Part shown: positions 8,469 to 17,348 of the stretch, piece by piece | How positions within the stretch are numbered: position 1 is the first letter of the stretch | Layout of the letters: each line of letters begins with the position of its first letter | Virus record (IMG/VR): IMGVR_UViG_3300035018_000013 | Coordinates: 18,054 to 82,053 of that record | DNA: 64,000 nucleotides | Source: a virus | Strand: one strand, 5' to 3' | Made by a program: the position numbers and the translations under genes | The notes under the pieces: model-generated | Seen by the model: only the letters and a program-made list of their open reading frames with translations | The model's database searches: none | What the model was told of the DNA's origin: nothing

Positions 8469-9758
8469 ATGCAAGACTTAATTGAAACAGGGCTGAGCGA
8501 GGAAGTCAAACCTCCGCCAGACCATCCACGAAAGAACCCGCTGATTGGAAGGCTAATCAGCGATCGAGAAGCGAGTGATACCGCAGCCACTCGAACCCAG
8601 CTTGAAAAATTTGACGACATTCAAACCGCTCACCGGAACTTAGACCCACTGCGAACCGATGAGATTTACCTATTCGGCATCTCGGTAAATATTGGAGTTG
8701 GACGGCTCACCATTGACTGTGGTGAGATTGAGATTAACCCCGAACTGAGCGAGGCGATCGCGTCTGCTAATGGACGTTTTACCATTACCTTACCTATCTT
8801 CAAAGACCTGCTGAAGAAGGGCAGTAAGCTAGCAACTCGTCGCCGGAAGATTCAAAAGTTTCTACGGTTTGCTAACCCTTATTGGTACGTTTCAAAAAAA
8901 GATCTGGTTGCAGTGCGTGACGAAATCTTCAAGACCGTTGAAAGCGATCGTGATCAAGATAAGGGAATGTTGCAACTCTTGAATGAGTTGAAAGCAGAGG
9001 CGATGGCAGGATACGACAACGCTTTCGCTGATTTCCTTTCGGAGCTAGAAGCCGTATTGCTGAAGGCAAGTCCATTTAGCCGCGATCGCATTGATGAACT
9101 GCTAGAACGCTATGCCGAGCAATTCCCAACCCGGCAAGAGGTGCTAGAGAATTTCAACGTTGTGTTGGAAGGTCCGATCAAGATTCCAAGTCTGGTGGAA
9201 GAAGCCACTCGCAATGCTGACCTGGCAGAGCAGTTGGAACGAGAAGAACAGGCGCAGTTGAAGCGAATGAAAACTGAGCAAGCTGTCAACGTTCAGGTTA
9301 AAGAGCAGGCAGCGATCGCAGAGCTGCAAGCCTACTGGATTAAATCAGTTCAAGAATCCTTTGCCGTGGGAATTCGCAATGCTCAGGACGATGCTTATGG
9401 ATTAATTGCTGACCTGTTGAGCGCGATCGAGCAGGTTGATGATCCGGCGCGGGTCAACGGCAATCTCAAGAAACGGTTGGACGGCAAACTTCGTGACCTG
9501 GAAACAGCCGTCAATCAGGTTGCTTCTGTGAATGAAGGTGGACTGGATACCAGCCTCCAAAGCTTTGCTGAGCAGGTACGACAGCTCAAGGTTTTAACGA
9601 CTTCGGCGGTTGCTCCAGAACGGTTGCAGGAACGGCTAGAAGACTTGCGATCGCGCATGACCGAGGAGCTTGAGCAGGTTTTTACCAGTGATAAAAGAGG
9701 GCACAAAGCCCTTGCTAAATGGTTAATTTACGAGGAAGAAACTGATGTCACACTTTAG
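8469..9758 (+). CDS. Coiled-coil protein, DUF3150-like (tentative), first gene of the AAA operon
   Basis: Long ORF with a 14-nt overlap to the next gene; helical; family call is a loose resemblance. Confidence 0.65.
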   Translation: MQDLIETGLSEEVKPPPDHPRKNPLIGRLISDREASDTAATRTQLEKFDDIQTAHRNLDPLRTDEIYLFGISVNIGVGRLTIDCGEIEINPELSEAIASANGRFTITLPIFKDLLKKGSKLATRRRKIQKFLRFANPYWYVSKKDLVAVRDEIFKTVESDRDQDKGMLQLLNELKAEAMAGYDNAFADFLSELEAVLLKASPFSRDRIDELLERYAEQFPTRQEVLENFNVVLEGPIKIPSLVEEATRNADLAEQLEREEQAQLKRMKTEQAVNVQVKEQAAIAELQAYWIKSVQESFAVGIRNAQDDAYGLIADLLSAIEQVDDPARVNGNLKKRLDGKLRDLETAVNQVASVNEGGLDTSLQSFAEQVRQLKVLTTSAVAPERLQERLEDLRSRMTEELEQVFTSDKRGHKALAKWLIYEEETDVTL

Positions 9759-10200
9759 CCAAATCAAGACCAAGATGACCAATGAACGGGCGATCGTCGC
9801 GGCGTTGGAAGAGATGGGTTACAAGGTTGAGGTTCATCAAACCGCTAAGAAGCTCAACAGTCGATATTCGGCTGCACGGCGGCAAAAAATGAAGGCAAAC
9901 ATCATTCTTCGAGAAACAGCCGTTGATTTTGGCTTGCTCAAAACTGAGGATGGCACCTATGAGGTGATTGGAGACATGATGTATTTCCAGATTCAGATGA
10001 TCGCCCAGTCGCTGCCGATGCACTATGCCAAGCAGGTGATTATTCAGCAGGCGGAAGAGTTAGGAGATGAATATGTCGTTGTCCCAAACTTTGTAAATAG
10101 CCAGCTTCAGGGCTACACCATCACCGTCGATAAAACACCCCAACTGGCGATCGGGCAGTCCAGCGTGACCAATCAAATATTTGTCGGAGGGTCTTACTAA
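9745..10200 (+). CDS. DUF1257 / Ycf35-like protein
   Basis: N-terminus MSHFSQIKTKM...ALEEMGY; DFGLLKTEDGTYEVIGD. Confidence 0.85.
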   Translation: MSHFSQIKTKMTNERAIVAALEEMGYKVEVHQTAKKLNSRYSAARRQKMKANIILRETAVDFGLLKTEDGTYEVIGDMMYFQIQMIAQSLPMHYAKQVIIQQAEELGDEYVVVPNFVNSQLQGYTITVDKTPQLAIGQSSVTNQIFVGGSY

Positions 10201-10397
10201 TGCAGATTATTTTCACCATCGATGCTCAGGGCAACATTACCAGCGAAGTGGAAGGCGGCGATGGTACTAATTGCCTGGATGCCACCAAGCCTTACGAAGA
10301 AGCTCTTGGCGACGATAAACCCAAGCGAGAAATGAAAGCTGAGGCATCGCAGTTGAACGCGATTTCCCTCACAACTAAAACTCAAGTGCGTTTGTAA
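10200..10397 (+). CDS. DUF2997 family protein
   Basis: IIFTIDAQGNITSEVEGGDGTNCLDATKPYEEALG; coupled to the DUF1257 gene. Confidence 0.85.
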   Translation: MQIIFTIDAQGNITSEVEGGDGTNCLDATKPYEEALGDDKPKREMKAEASQLNAISLTTKTQVRL

Positions 10398-10461
10398 GAA
10401 AAAGGGAGGTCACTCAGCCTCCCCCAATGATTTTGTATGTAGCAAACAAGGATTTTAACCC

Positions 10462-12225
10462 ATGACTGCTTTCAATCGTATTCGAGATTTCTTTGGTGCA
10501 GCATTACCCGTCGTCGCACTGGACTCTCCTAGCGCTGAAGAACTGACCACCATTGAAAAAATTCATGTCGAGGTGGGCAAGCGGCTAAAGCTGCCCGTCT
10601 ATGTCTTCGACCTGGCAGCCGGACTGCGCCAAGTGGTTTCGGTTCAGGAAGCCACCTACTTTTTGGAAGATGGTAGCGAGTTTGAGGGCGAAGTATTTCA
10701 GCACTCTACAGGGTTTTGGACGGGCGATCCTGAGAACGGTCTTGAGGAAAAGCAGCTTCGCCAAGAAAACCGCAACGTTAGCGGTATCGACCTCAAACCG
10801 ATCGCCACTCAGTTCCGCAATCCGTTAATCGATATCTGCAAACACATTGAGCAGTTCGATAAAAAAGGGATCTTCGTTCTAATCGATTTGCATCATTTTC
10901 TAAGTGGCGATCGCACCGTTTGGGAGTTCCGTCGCTCCATCAAACACCTCGCCACAGCACTGAAACAATCCCATAAGCGGGTGGTGTTGCTAGGCAGCGA
11001 TATTCGGCTAGATGCCGATTTCTCTGGGCTGGTTTACGACGCGCATAATATGTTGCCTGAACTGGCAGAGATTCAAGAGGCAGTCAACCTTTGCATCAAC
11101 GATATGGAGCAGGAGTTTACGGCGATCGGGGGCAAAAATAAGTTCAAGGTGCAGCTCGACGGCGAGGAACGGGAGGCGATTTTTACAGCCTGTCGAGGGT
11201 TAAGCATTGAGGAGGCATTGAACGCACTGCGAATTGATATGCGATCGCGCCGTCGTGTCGATGGAGCCACAGCAGCAGCCGTAACATTGTTCAAGATTGA
11301 GAAACTGGAGAAGCTGAACATTCGCTTTTCTCATCCTCCAGACGTTGTGCCAGGTGGAGTTCAGGAGTTCAAAGCATGGGTGCAACAGCGAAAAAGATTG
11401 TTCAATGCAGTCGTATCTAAGCAGCCGATCAAGCTGAAATTACCCGTTCCTAGAGGTTGTTTAATTGTTGGGCCATCAGGAACAGGTAAGAGCCTATTAG
11501 CAAAAACTTTGGGCAACTGTTGGAATATCCCCATTCTGCAAGTCGATATTGGTTCATTTTATTCCAGCCTGGTAGGAGAAACCGAGGCGAACTTTAGGCG
11601 GTTTACGCGCATGGTGGATCACATTGGACCTTGTGTTGTACTGCTGGATGAGGTTGAAAAAGCGCTCGCTGGCGTTGGCGGGCAAAGTAACGACAGTGGC
11701 GTGAGCCAGCGACTGTTCGGTTCATTGCTGACCTGGATGAACGATAAAACCTCACCATGCTTTGTCGTGGCAACTGCCAACAATATTGAAGCGCTGCCGC
11801 CCGAATTCAAGCGTAAAGGACGCTTTGACGAAATCTGGTTTGTGGACACTCCTAACCAGGCAGAGCGGCGCGAGATTCTGACCGTGCATCTCTCCCGGCA
11901 TGGTGTGGAGATGAGCGATCGCCACCTCGATATCCTCGTCAAGCTCACTGACGAATTTGTTGGGGCAGAACTGGGGCAGGTGACCAACGAAGCTGCGATC
12001 GTTGCCGCCGAAGCTGGACGTGATGAGATTCTCTTGTCCGACATGGAAGAGGCGATCGCTCAGACGGTTCCATTGGCGCGATCGCAGGCTGACACGTTGG
12101 CTAATCTGAGGGAATGGGCAACGACAGCGGCTCGTCCTGCTAGTAAGGCTGAAGCAGTGCAGGAGGCGATCGCCCAGCCTATGAACGGCAAGCGCGGTAA
12201 GCCTCAGATGTTGATCGAAGATTAA
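10462..12225 (+). CDS. Ycf46-type AAA+ ATPase
   Basis: PRGCLIVGPSGTGKS; LLDEVEK; VATANN; FKRKGRFDEIWFVD; degenerate N-terminal AAA domain. Confidence 0.9.
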   Translation: MTAFNRIRDFFGAALPVVALDSPSAEELTTIEKIHVEVGKRLKLPVYVFDLAAGLRQVVSVQEATYFLEDGSEFEGEVFQHSTGFWTGDPENGLEEKQLRQENRNVSGIDLKPIATQFRNPLIDICKHIEQFDKKGIFVLIDLHHFLSGDRTVWEFRRSIKHLATALKQSHKRVVLLGSDIRLDADFSGLVYDAHNMLPELAEIQEAVNLCINDMEQEFTAIGGKNKFKVQLDGEEREAIFTACRGLSIEEALNALRIDMRSRRRVDGATAAAVTLFKIEKLEKLNIRFSHPPDVVPGGVQEFKAWVQQRKRLFNAVVSKQPIKLKLPVPRGCLIVGPSGTGKSLLAKTLGNCWNIPILQVDIGSFYSSLVGETEANFRRFTRMVDHIGPCVVLLDEVEKALAGVGGQSNDSGVSQRLFGSLLTWMNDKTSPCFVVATANNIEALPPEFKRKGRFDEIWFVDTPNQAERREILTVHLSRHGVEMSDRHLDILVKLTDEFVGAELGQVTNEAAIVAAEAGRDEILLSDMEEAIAQTVPLARSQADTLANLREWATTAARPASKAEAVQEAIAQPMNGKRGKPQMLIED

Positions 12226-12229
12226 AATC

Positions 12230-12263
12230 ATTGGGGTCAGGGTTAGTAAAATCTGACCCCAAT
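12230..12263. terminator. Stem-loop after the AAA operon
   Basis: ATTGGGGTCAG...CTGACCCCAAT, 11-bp perfect inverted repeat. Confidence 0.55.
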
Positions 12264-12321
12264 AAAAGGTTTTGAAGTCATATCACTGAGGAAAATGAAA
12301 TGAAAAGCATAAGGCTAAAAA

Positions 12322-12528
12322 ATGGAACAACAGAGCTTCAGCAAACAGTATGTTAAAAGCATTGTTAATCTACAGTCTCAGCACTTGTGTCACAGCGTTG
12401 AAAATAAGATGATTTGCAGAGGTGGGCGCGATTTAATGCTGCGAGTCATGTTTGTTCAGAGATTGATTGAAGCGCCGACTGATGAGGCGTTTGATACAGC
12501 ACGAAAAGAACATTTAGAGCAGAAATAA
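12322..12528 (+). CDS. Hypothetical protein
   Basis: ORF ending 2 nt before the DUF488 gene. Confidence 0.45.
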   Translation: MEQQSFSKQYVKSIVNLQSQHLCHSVENKMICRGGRDLMLRVMFVQRLIEAPTDEAFDTARKEHLEQK

Positions 12529-12530
12529 TT

Positions 12531-12926
12531 ATGAAAACTAGCTACTATGCCATCACGCCCGACACGACACTAGGCGCGATCGCCATCAGCCTTTACCCAC
12601 CGCCCAACACTCGCTACCAGCAATACAAATGTCTGGCTCCAACCAAGCGCCTACTCAGCGAATATAAATACGATTTTCTAGACGAGGAGGGTTACACGAA
12701 AATTTATCGTACTCAGTTAGCAGAACTTGATCCGATCGCCGTCTGGAACGTGCTGCACCAAATCGCCGATCCACTTGGCAAGGTTGAGCCAATTCTGTTG
12801 TGCTACGAGCGATCGGGTTCATTCTGCCATCGGCGGATCGTTGCCGATTGGCTTGGTGCAGCAATGAATGTAGAGATTCCTGAGTTTGAAAAGCCGTCTT
12901 CAATCAAACAGATCTCGTTATTTTAA
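12531..12926 (+). CDS. DUF488 family protein
   Basis: AISLYPP...LAPT...ILLCYERSGSFCHRRIVADWL. Confidence 0.8.
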   Translation: MKTSYYAITPDTTLGAIAISLYPPPNTRYQQYKCLAPTKRLLSEYKYDFLDEEGYTKIYRTQLAELDPIAVWNVLHQIADPLGKVEPILLCYERSGSFCHRRIVADWLGAAMNVEIPEFEKPSSIKQISLF

Positions 12927-13264
12927 GGGGGGCAGCGAACCTCCGCCCCACACTCCCCATCCTCAAATACTCCCACCCGCACCGATCGCCCCGGATAGCG
13001 ATCGGTGATTTGTTTGAGCAGGTTTTCTGCCATGTGTTCACAACTTAATCCGCCCATTTCTCCCCCAGGAAAGTTGGTGCGGCAGAAATCTAAGAAATCA
13101 TGGAACTCTACTTCTCTGCAAGAATGATGCAGCTCTAGCTTCACCTCGACGTGAAAGAGATGGCGATGGCGTTGGGCAAGGTAGGCGCGATCGCCCGTTG
13201 CATCCTGCCAATGATGGAAGCCAGGGACTTGAAAGCGGATAATAGCTGAAGATTGAGTTTTCAT
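12923..13264 (-). CDS. dpdL: QueD-like T-fold protein with DpdL signature (putative CDG decarboxylase)
   Basis: FHHW...YLAQRHRHLFHVEV matches LxxxHRHxF; SCEHMAE and VFEDGECGA are T-fold motifs. Confidence 0.7.
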   Translation of the reverse strand: MKTQSSAIIRFQVPGFHHWQDATGDRAYLAQRHRHLFHVEVKLELHHSCREVEFHDFLDFCRTNFPGGEMGGLSCEHMAENLLKQITDRYPGRSVRVGVFEDGECGAEVRCPP

Positions 13265-13286
13265 AATTTAGGGAGAAAAATTGTAA

Positions 13287-13484
13287 GTGGAACTCCAAAA
13301 CATTTTGAATGAGCGGTTTAAGACTTATCAGGATGCGATCACCAAGCATGGTCAAGAGTGCTTACTGATTCATGAATTGCCAAAAGAACCCGTAGGTTCT
13401 GTCAATCCCGTTAGTCATTTTTCAACGACTAGACTGCAATTAATCCCCTCCCTAGATGGATGGCAATATGTGGTGAGCCAGTAG
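13287..13484 (+). CDS. Hypothetical protein
   Basis: GTG start with upstream GGGAG; lies antisense between dpdA and dpdL. Confidence 0.4.
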   Translation: MELQNILNERFKTYQDAITKHGQECLLIHELPKEPVGSVNPVSHFSTTRLQLIPSLDGWQYVVSQ

Positions 13485-13574
13485 GGCGATCGCCCCTAGT
13501 TGGCAACACGTCTGAACAGCCAATGCAGTCCTATTTGGAGAAGATGTTGTCTCATTTGGAGAAGAGGGCGTGCT

Positions 13575-13599
13575 CTTCGAGATACCCGCAAGGGGTCGC
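13575..13599 (-). repeat. Small dispersed repeat copy 2
   Basis: Reverse complement GCGACCCCTTGCGGGTATCTCGAAG. Confidence 0.85.
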
Positions 13600-13609
13600 G
13601 CTATTTTTG

Positions 13610-14569
13610 TCAGGCTTTTGTCGGGTACAGCTCGCAGCCCAACGCTTTAAGTGACTGAATATGATGCCGCCAGTTCAGCATATTCATCCGGCTTTCATAG
13701 GCTGCCAACTGTACCGCCTTATCTGCACCAACTGCCGACTCATGATCACTGCCTAATTCATATCGAAAGTCCAGTGGATAGGGCGAGAACGTTTTGCCAT
13801 CACACCGGGCTTTGTGGCTATCTGCCCAACGAATACCCACCAGCCAACTCGACGAGTCACCAGAGTTAATAGGCATGGCGTTTAGCCACTCATTCGGCGT
13901 TAAGCCCAGCAAATGAATCCACAGATGCGGATATTTGCGATGTCGTTCCCAAGCTGTGGCTACCAGTTGCTTGCGAGTTGCTCGGTCAGCCTGTACAACG
14001 TTGCCGAAGCAGATGCGATCGTAGCGCTCGGCAAGGTAATCAAAATAGTCCCACCCATCGTTAAACGGGTGATAAACAGGAATCGGTCGCAGCCCCATTC
14101 CTTCCAGCTTCGCGCGGGTTTTAATTTTGTTCTCCCGTCCGCCCTGGTCTAGTTCAATGAAGCCCCAGCACTTATCGCCTAACCGTCGATAAATGGCGAT
14201 GTACTGTTCTAATAGTTCATCAAATCCGTCGATTTCATTTGGTGGCAATGCCAGCGCTTGATCCATGTTGCAGCCGTGAGCCTTGGCGTGTTGCTGGGTC
14301 AAGTGGAAGATGCCGGAGTCGATGAAAACCTTTTTGCCCCGATCGCACCATTGTTCAATCAAATCGACGGCACCCGCATTTTGCAATTCATTCACCGCAA
14401 TCAGCAGATGATCATAGAGCGGTTCAGCTAGTGCCAGCCGCCCTGTTCCTGATGCCAGGAAGTAAACATTTTCTTCAGATGGGTCAAAGGTGCCACCGCC
14501 TGTTTTAAGCACGTTGGACACTGCCCACCCCCTTGACGTTCTCGTATTGGTCAAGGATGTGCCCAGCAA
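13610..14569 (-). CDS. dpdA: DpdA-like tRNA-guanine transglycosylase paralogue (DNA deazaguanine insertase); GTG at 14512 is a likely start
   Basis: TGT-fold motifs in order: VFIDSG, FIELDQ, PIPVYH, ICFGN, IHLLG, SGDSSSW; no C-terminal Zn site of tRNA TGTs. Confidence 0.8.
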   Translation of the reverse strand: MLGTSLTNTRTSRGWAVSNVLKTGGGTFDPSEENVYFLASGTGRLALAEPLYDHLLIAVNELQNAGAVDLIEQWCDRGKKVFIDSGIFHLTQQHAKAHGCNMDQALALPPNEIDGFDELLEQYIAIYRRLGDKCWGFIELDQGGRENKIKTRAKLEGMGLRPIPVYHPFNDGWDYFDYLAERYDRICFGNVVQADRATRKQLVATAWERHRKYPHLWIHLLGLTPNEWLNAMPINSGDSSSWLVGIRWADSHKARCDGKTFSPYPLDFRYELGSDHESAVGADKAVQLAAYESRMNMLNWRHHIQSLKALGCELYPTKA

Positions 14570-15374
14570 TGTATTCGTCAGGCTGCACCATGACCAGCGA
14601 TCGCTCTTCTGCCTTGAGAGTCAGTGGGACAAATGGACCGGGATAGGGTGCGAAAATCGCATCTTCTTTCAAATAGCCAGTCCACTTCTGCCAATCAGTC
14701 ATGACATCAGCCACAACCATAATGTGCCGACCCAGGTTCCAGACATCGCCCTTATTAACCTCGTGGCGAGGGTTGGCGATCGTGATTTCTGTCAGTGCCA
14801 GCAAGGAGCCGTCTGATTTCTGCCCTGATTCCTGATGGTCGGGATCTGCTGATTCATCATCTTCAGGTGATCCTGAGTTTTGAGAGGTGTGATTGCCCCC
14901 TGCTGGTGACATGGGCGTGCCATTCTCGCCAAATATTTGTTTATCCTGAAAGTTCAGAACTCCCAAGTTGAAAATGCTGTCACATTCCTCAAGAGAAAAC
15001 CCAGTCAAATCTAAGTCAAAATCAAGCTCCTGTAGAGCTTCTAGTTCCACTTTGAGCGATTCGTAATTCCAATCTGAAATGCCCACCTTATTATCGGCAA
15101 TGCGGCAGGCTTTCTTCTGTGCCGGGGTCAGGTCATCCCGAATGATCACCGGAACTTCTAGTAAATCCAGCTTGCGGGATGCCAGGTGGCGACCGTGCCC
15201 TTTGAGGATTACGCCGTCCTCATCCACAACGATCGGCACATCGAAACCATATTCGATGATTGACCCCGCGATCGCGTCAATCTGGCTCGGTGGATGGAGT
15301 TTGTTATTCAGAGGATAGGGCGTAATCTTATCGATCGGCACCCAAATAATTTCAGGAGAGAACTGCTTAGCCAT
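14505..15374 (-). CDS. ParB/Srx-like N-terminal domain protein coupled to dpdA
   Basis: IDKITPYPLNNKLH...SIIEYGFDVPIVVDEDGVILKGHGRHLA...ACRIADNK; GDVWNLGRH linker as in ParB-methylase fusions. Confidence 0.85.
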   Translation of the reverse strand: MAKQFSPEIIWVPIDKITPYPLNNKLHPPSQIDAIAGSIIEYGFDVPIVVDEDGVILKGHGRHLASRKLDLLEVPVIIRDDLTPAQKKACRIADNKVGISDWNYESLKVELEALQELDFDLDLTGFSLEECDSIFNLGVLNFQDKQIFGENGTPMSPAGGNHTSQNSGSPEDDESADPDHQESGQKSDGSLLALTEITIANPRHEVNKGDVWNLGRHIMVVADVMTDWQKWTGYLKEDAIFAPYPGPFVPLTLKAEERSLVMVQPDEYIAGHILDQYENVKGVGSVQRA

Positions 15375-15434
15375 GCCGCAGCCTCCTAGTTAGAGTATTC
15401 ATTTCTTACCTCGTAGATGCGCTCTAAAATTCCC

Positions 15435-15878
15435 TCAGCGAACCAGGCTTGTGACCCGTTCAGGCGACTCGAAAACATCTACTCGCAGTAATTTAATATG
15501 GGGGTCAAGCTGAATTTTGGCAAAATACAGGCACAAATCTTCTGTAGTGCCGCCAGCCAAATCTTGATGATCATTAATTAACTCAGGTAGCTCAGAACAA
15601 GAATACTTGAGCAAGTTTTCTTGTTCAATCATGTCTAAGCCATACATACCAGAGATGCTTCTTTCTGCTTGCAAATGCAGCGTCACCCGAAAATCATGCC
15701 AATGGTCATCCTGCCAAATGGGCGGGTTAAAGTGCCTGCGCCTGAATGAGTGGCTAATCTGATAGTGAAATATCACAGGGCACTCATGGGCGCAGCCTTG
15801 AGAATAGGGTACGGAAAGCCCTCGCAATGCCTCTGGGTAGTGCGATCGCGCCTTAAAGCTTGGCTTGAAGTTTTCCAT
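15435..15878 (-). CDS. queD: QueD-like 6-carboxytetrahydropterin synthase (atypical, no active-site Cys visible)
   Basis: H-x9-HWH triad, TTEDL (PTAEN-like), VFESP; coupled to queE. Confidence 0.65.
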   Translation of the reverse strand: MENFKPSFKARSHYPEALRGLSVPYSQGCAHECPVIFHYQISHSFRRRHFNPPIWQDDHWHDFRVTLHLQAERSISGMYGLDMIEQENLLKYSCSELPELINDHQDLAGGTTEDLCLYFAKIQLDPHIKLLRVDVFESPERVTSLVR

Positions 15879-16510
15879 TACTGCACCCCAATAAACTTAT
15901 GGGTTTGCAGACTTAATCTAAACTTAGGATGCTGTTTGAGCAGGTCTAGAGTAAGTGGCAGAGTGCGATCGCGCTCATTCCATTCAGGTTGCAAACAAGC
16001 ATTCCGAAGCGCAAGGTGCTTGTAGTAAAAATCAACTTCTTGCCCGGATGAAATCACAATCTTAATTTCATTAGCCCGCTGCCACATCTCTGAATGAACG
16101 GGATACTTCGGAGATAAATGCTGCTTTGGAGAAAGCGTCACCCATGTCGGATTTGGAATATTCTGCCAAAAAGCACCAGAGGTTTCAATCTGCACTTGTC
16201 GCCCAGTCGCGGCGATCGCTTCTACCAACATCGGCAGTTCTTTGTGAATGAACGGCTCCCCGCCAGAGATAACAACATGGGGCGATCGCAGTTCGTTGAT
16301 TAATCCTGCGATGGTGCGATCGCTTCGAGGTGTACTTTTACCGCCGTCTGCATAACCTGTGTCACACCAAGGGCAAGCAACAGGGCAACCTGCCAGCCGA
16401 ATAAAATCAGCGGGAGTGCCAGCCCAATAACCCTCACCCTGGATTGTTTCAAAGAATTGCTCGTGAATTGGCAGAGTAGTCTGCTGCGTAAATAGAGTCA
16501 AATTTTTCAT
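15878..16510 (-). CDS. queE: 7-carboxy-7-deazaguanine synthase, radical SAM
   Basis: [33 protein letters not shown]; VVISGGEP; IETSG; LSPK; LQPE; LSLQTHK. Confidence 0.95.
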   Translation of the reverse strand: MKNLTLFTQQTTLPIHEQFFETIQGEGYWAGTPADFIRLAGCPVACPWCDTGYADGGKSTPRSDRTIAGLINELRSPHVVISGGEPFIHKELPMLVEAIAATGRQVQIETSGAFWQNIPNPTWVTLSPKQHLSPKYPVHSEMWQRANEIKIVISSGQEVDFYYKHLALRNACLQPEWNERDRTLPLTLDLLKQHPKFRLSLQTHKFIGVQ

Positions 16511-16576
16511 AAACCGTTAATAGATGCATGGTGGATCATTCCCTAGTGCATTCTTAAACAAGTTCAGGATAAACCT

Positions 16577-16774
16577 ATGGATACTCCCGTTGAATTGTCA
16601 CTAGAACAGAAATTTAGTCTGCGATCGTTTGAGACTCAGGTAGAGCGAATGAGCCATGAACAGGCGCAGGATTTCCTGGTTAAGCTCTACGAGCAAATGA
16701 TGGTCAGGGAAACTATGTACAAAAATTTTCTTAAACATGAATGGGGGATTGGAGAGCCTAAAATTAATCCCTAA
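16577..16774 (+). CDS. nblA: Phycobilisome degradation protein NblA (host-like copy)
   Basis: PVELSLEQKFSLRSF...MSHEQAQDFLVKLYEQMMVRE...LKHEWG. Confidence 0.95.
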   Translation: MDTPVELSLEQKFSLRSFETQVERMSHEQAQDFLVKLYEQMMVRETMYKNFLKHEWGIGEPKINP

Positions 16775-16826
16775 CTCTAATCCCAGAACCGAAATACTTG
16801 AGCAATTTTTCTATTGCTAATTCGGC

Positions 16827-17348
16827 ATGATAATTTTAGTTATGCCACTAGAGTTATCTCGCTATCCTAAGGACTGGAAAAGGTTCTCTCATAGGCTAAA
16901 GCAACAGGCAGGTTGGCAGTGCCAATGGTGCGATCGCCCCTGTCGTCAGCCCCAAGAATCCTGGTTACAGTTCAAACTGCGCGTCTGGTACGCGTATCCC
17001 TTATACCAGGCGACTAAACTCTACTGCGAAATTGACCAGAACGCCTACTATTTTTTGCTCTCGTTGGCACATTTGGATCAAGATCCTGGCAATAGTCAAC
17101 CTGACAATCTACGTTGCCTTTGTCTGCTCTGCCATCTCAATTACGATCGCCAATTCTTCCACTTCAACCGCCAAACTAAACAAGAGCGCCGAGGGCAACT
17201 TAACTTCTTCAAGCCTGAACTGCTTTTTGCCCAGTCGCTAGCGGGCAAAGGTAAAGACCCCTCTCGAATTCAGCTTGCCATCCCTAAAAAAGAAACCCCA
17301 TCACGGGGAGCAGCCGTGATGAGGAATTGCCAGTCTAGCCGTAAATAA
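16827..17348 (+). CDS. HNH endonuclease; ATG at 16842 is a likely start
   Basis: YPKDW...AGWQCQWC...LSLAHLDQDPGNSQPDNLRCLCLLCHLNYD. Confidence 0.8.
   Translation: MIILVMPLELSRYPKDWKRFSHRLKQQAGWQCQWCDRPCRQPQESWLQFKLRVWYAYPLYQATKLYCEIDQNAYYFLLSLAHLDQDPGNSQPDNLRCLCLLCHLNYDRQFFHFNRQTKQERRGQLNFFKPELLFAQSLAGKGKDPSRIQLAIPKKETPSRGAAVMRNCQSSRK

Noticed and set aside
13610-14569. Host-type tRNA-guanine transglycosylase (tgt) for queuosine
   Set aside because: No CxCxxC zinc site, PVYH instead of the tRNA-TGT Gln motif, coupled to a ParB-like gene, and queA/queF/queG absent
16511-16576. NtcA box controlling nblA
   Set aside because: No GTA-N8-TAC found upstream of either nblA copy
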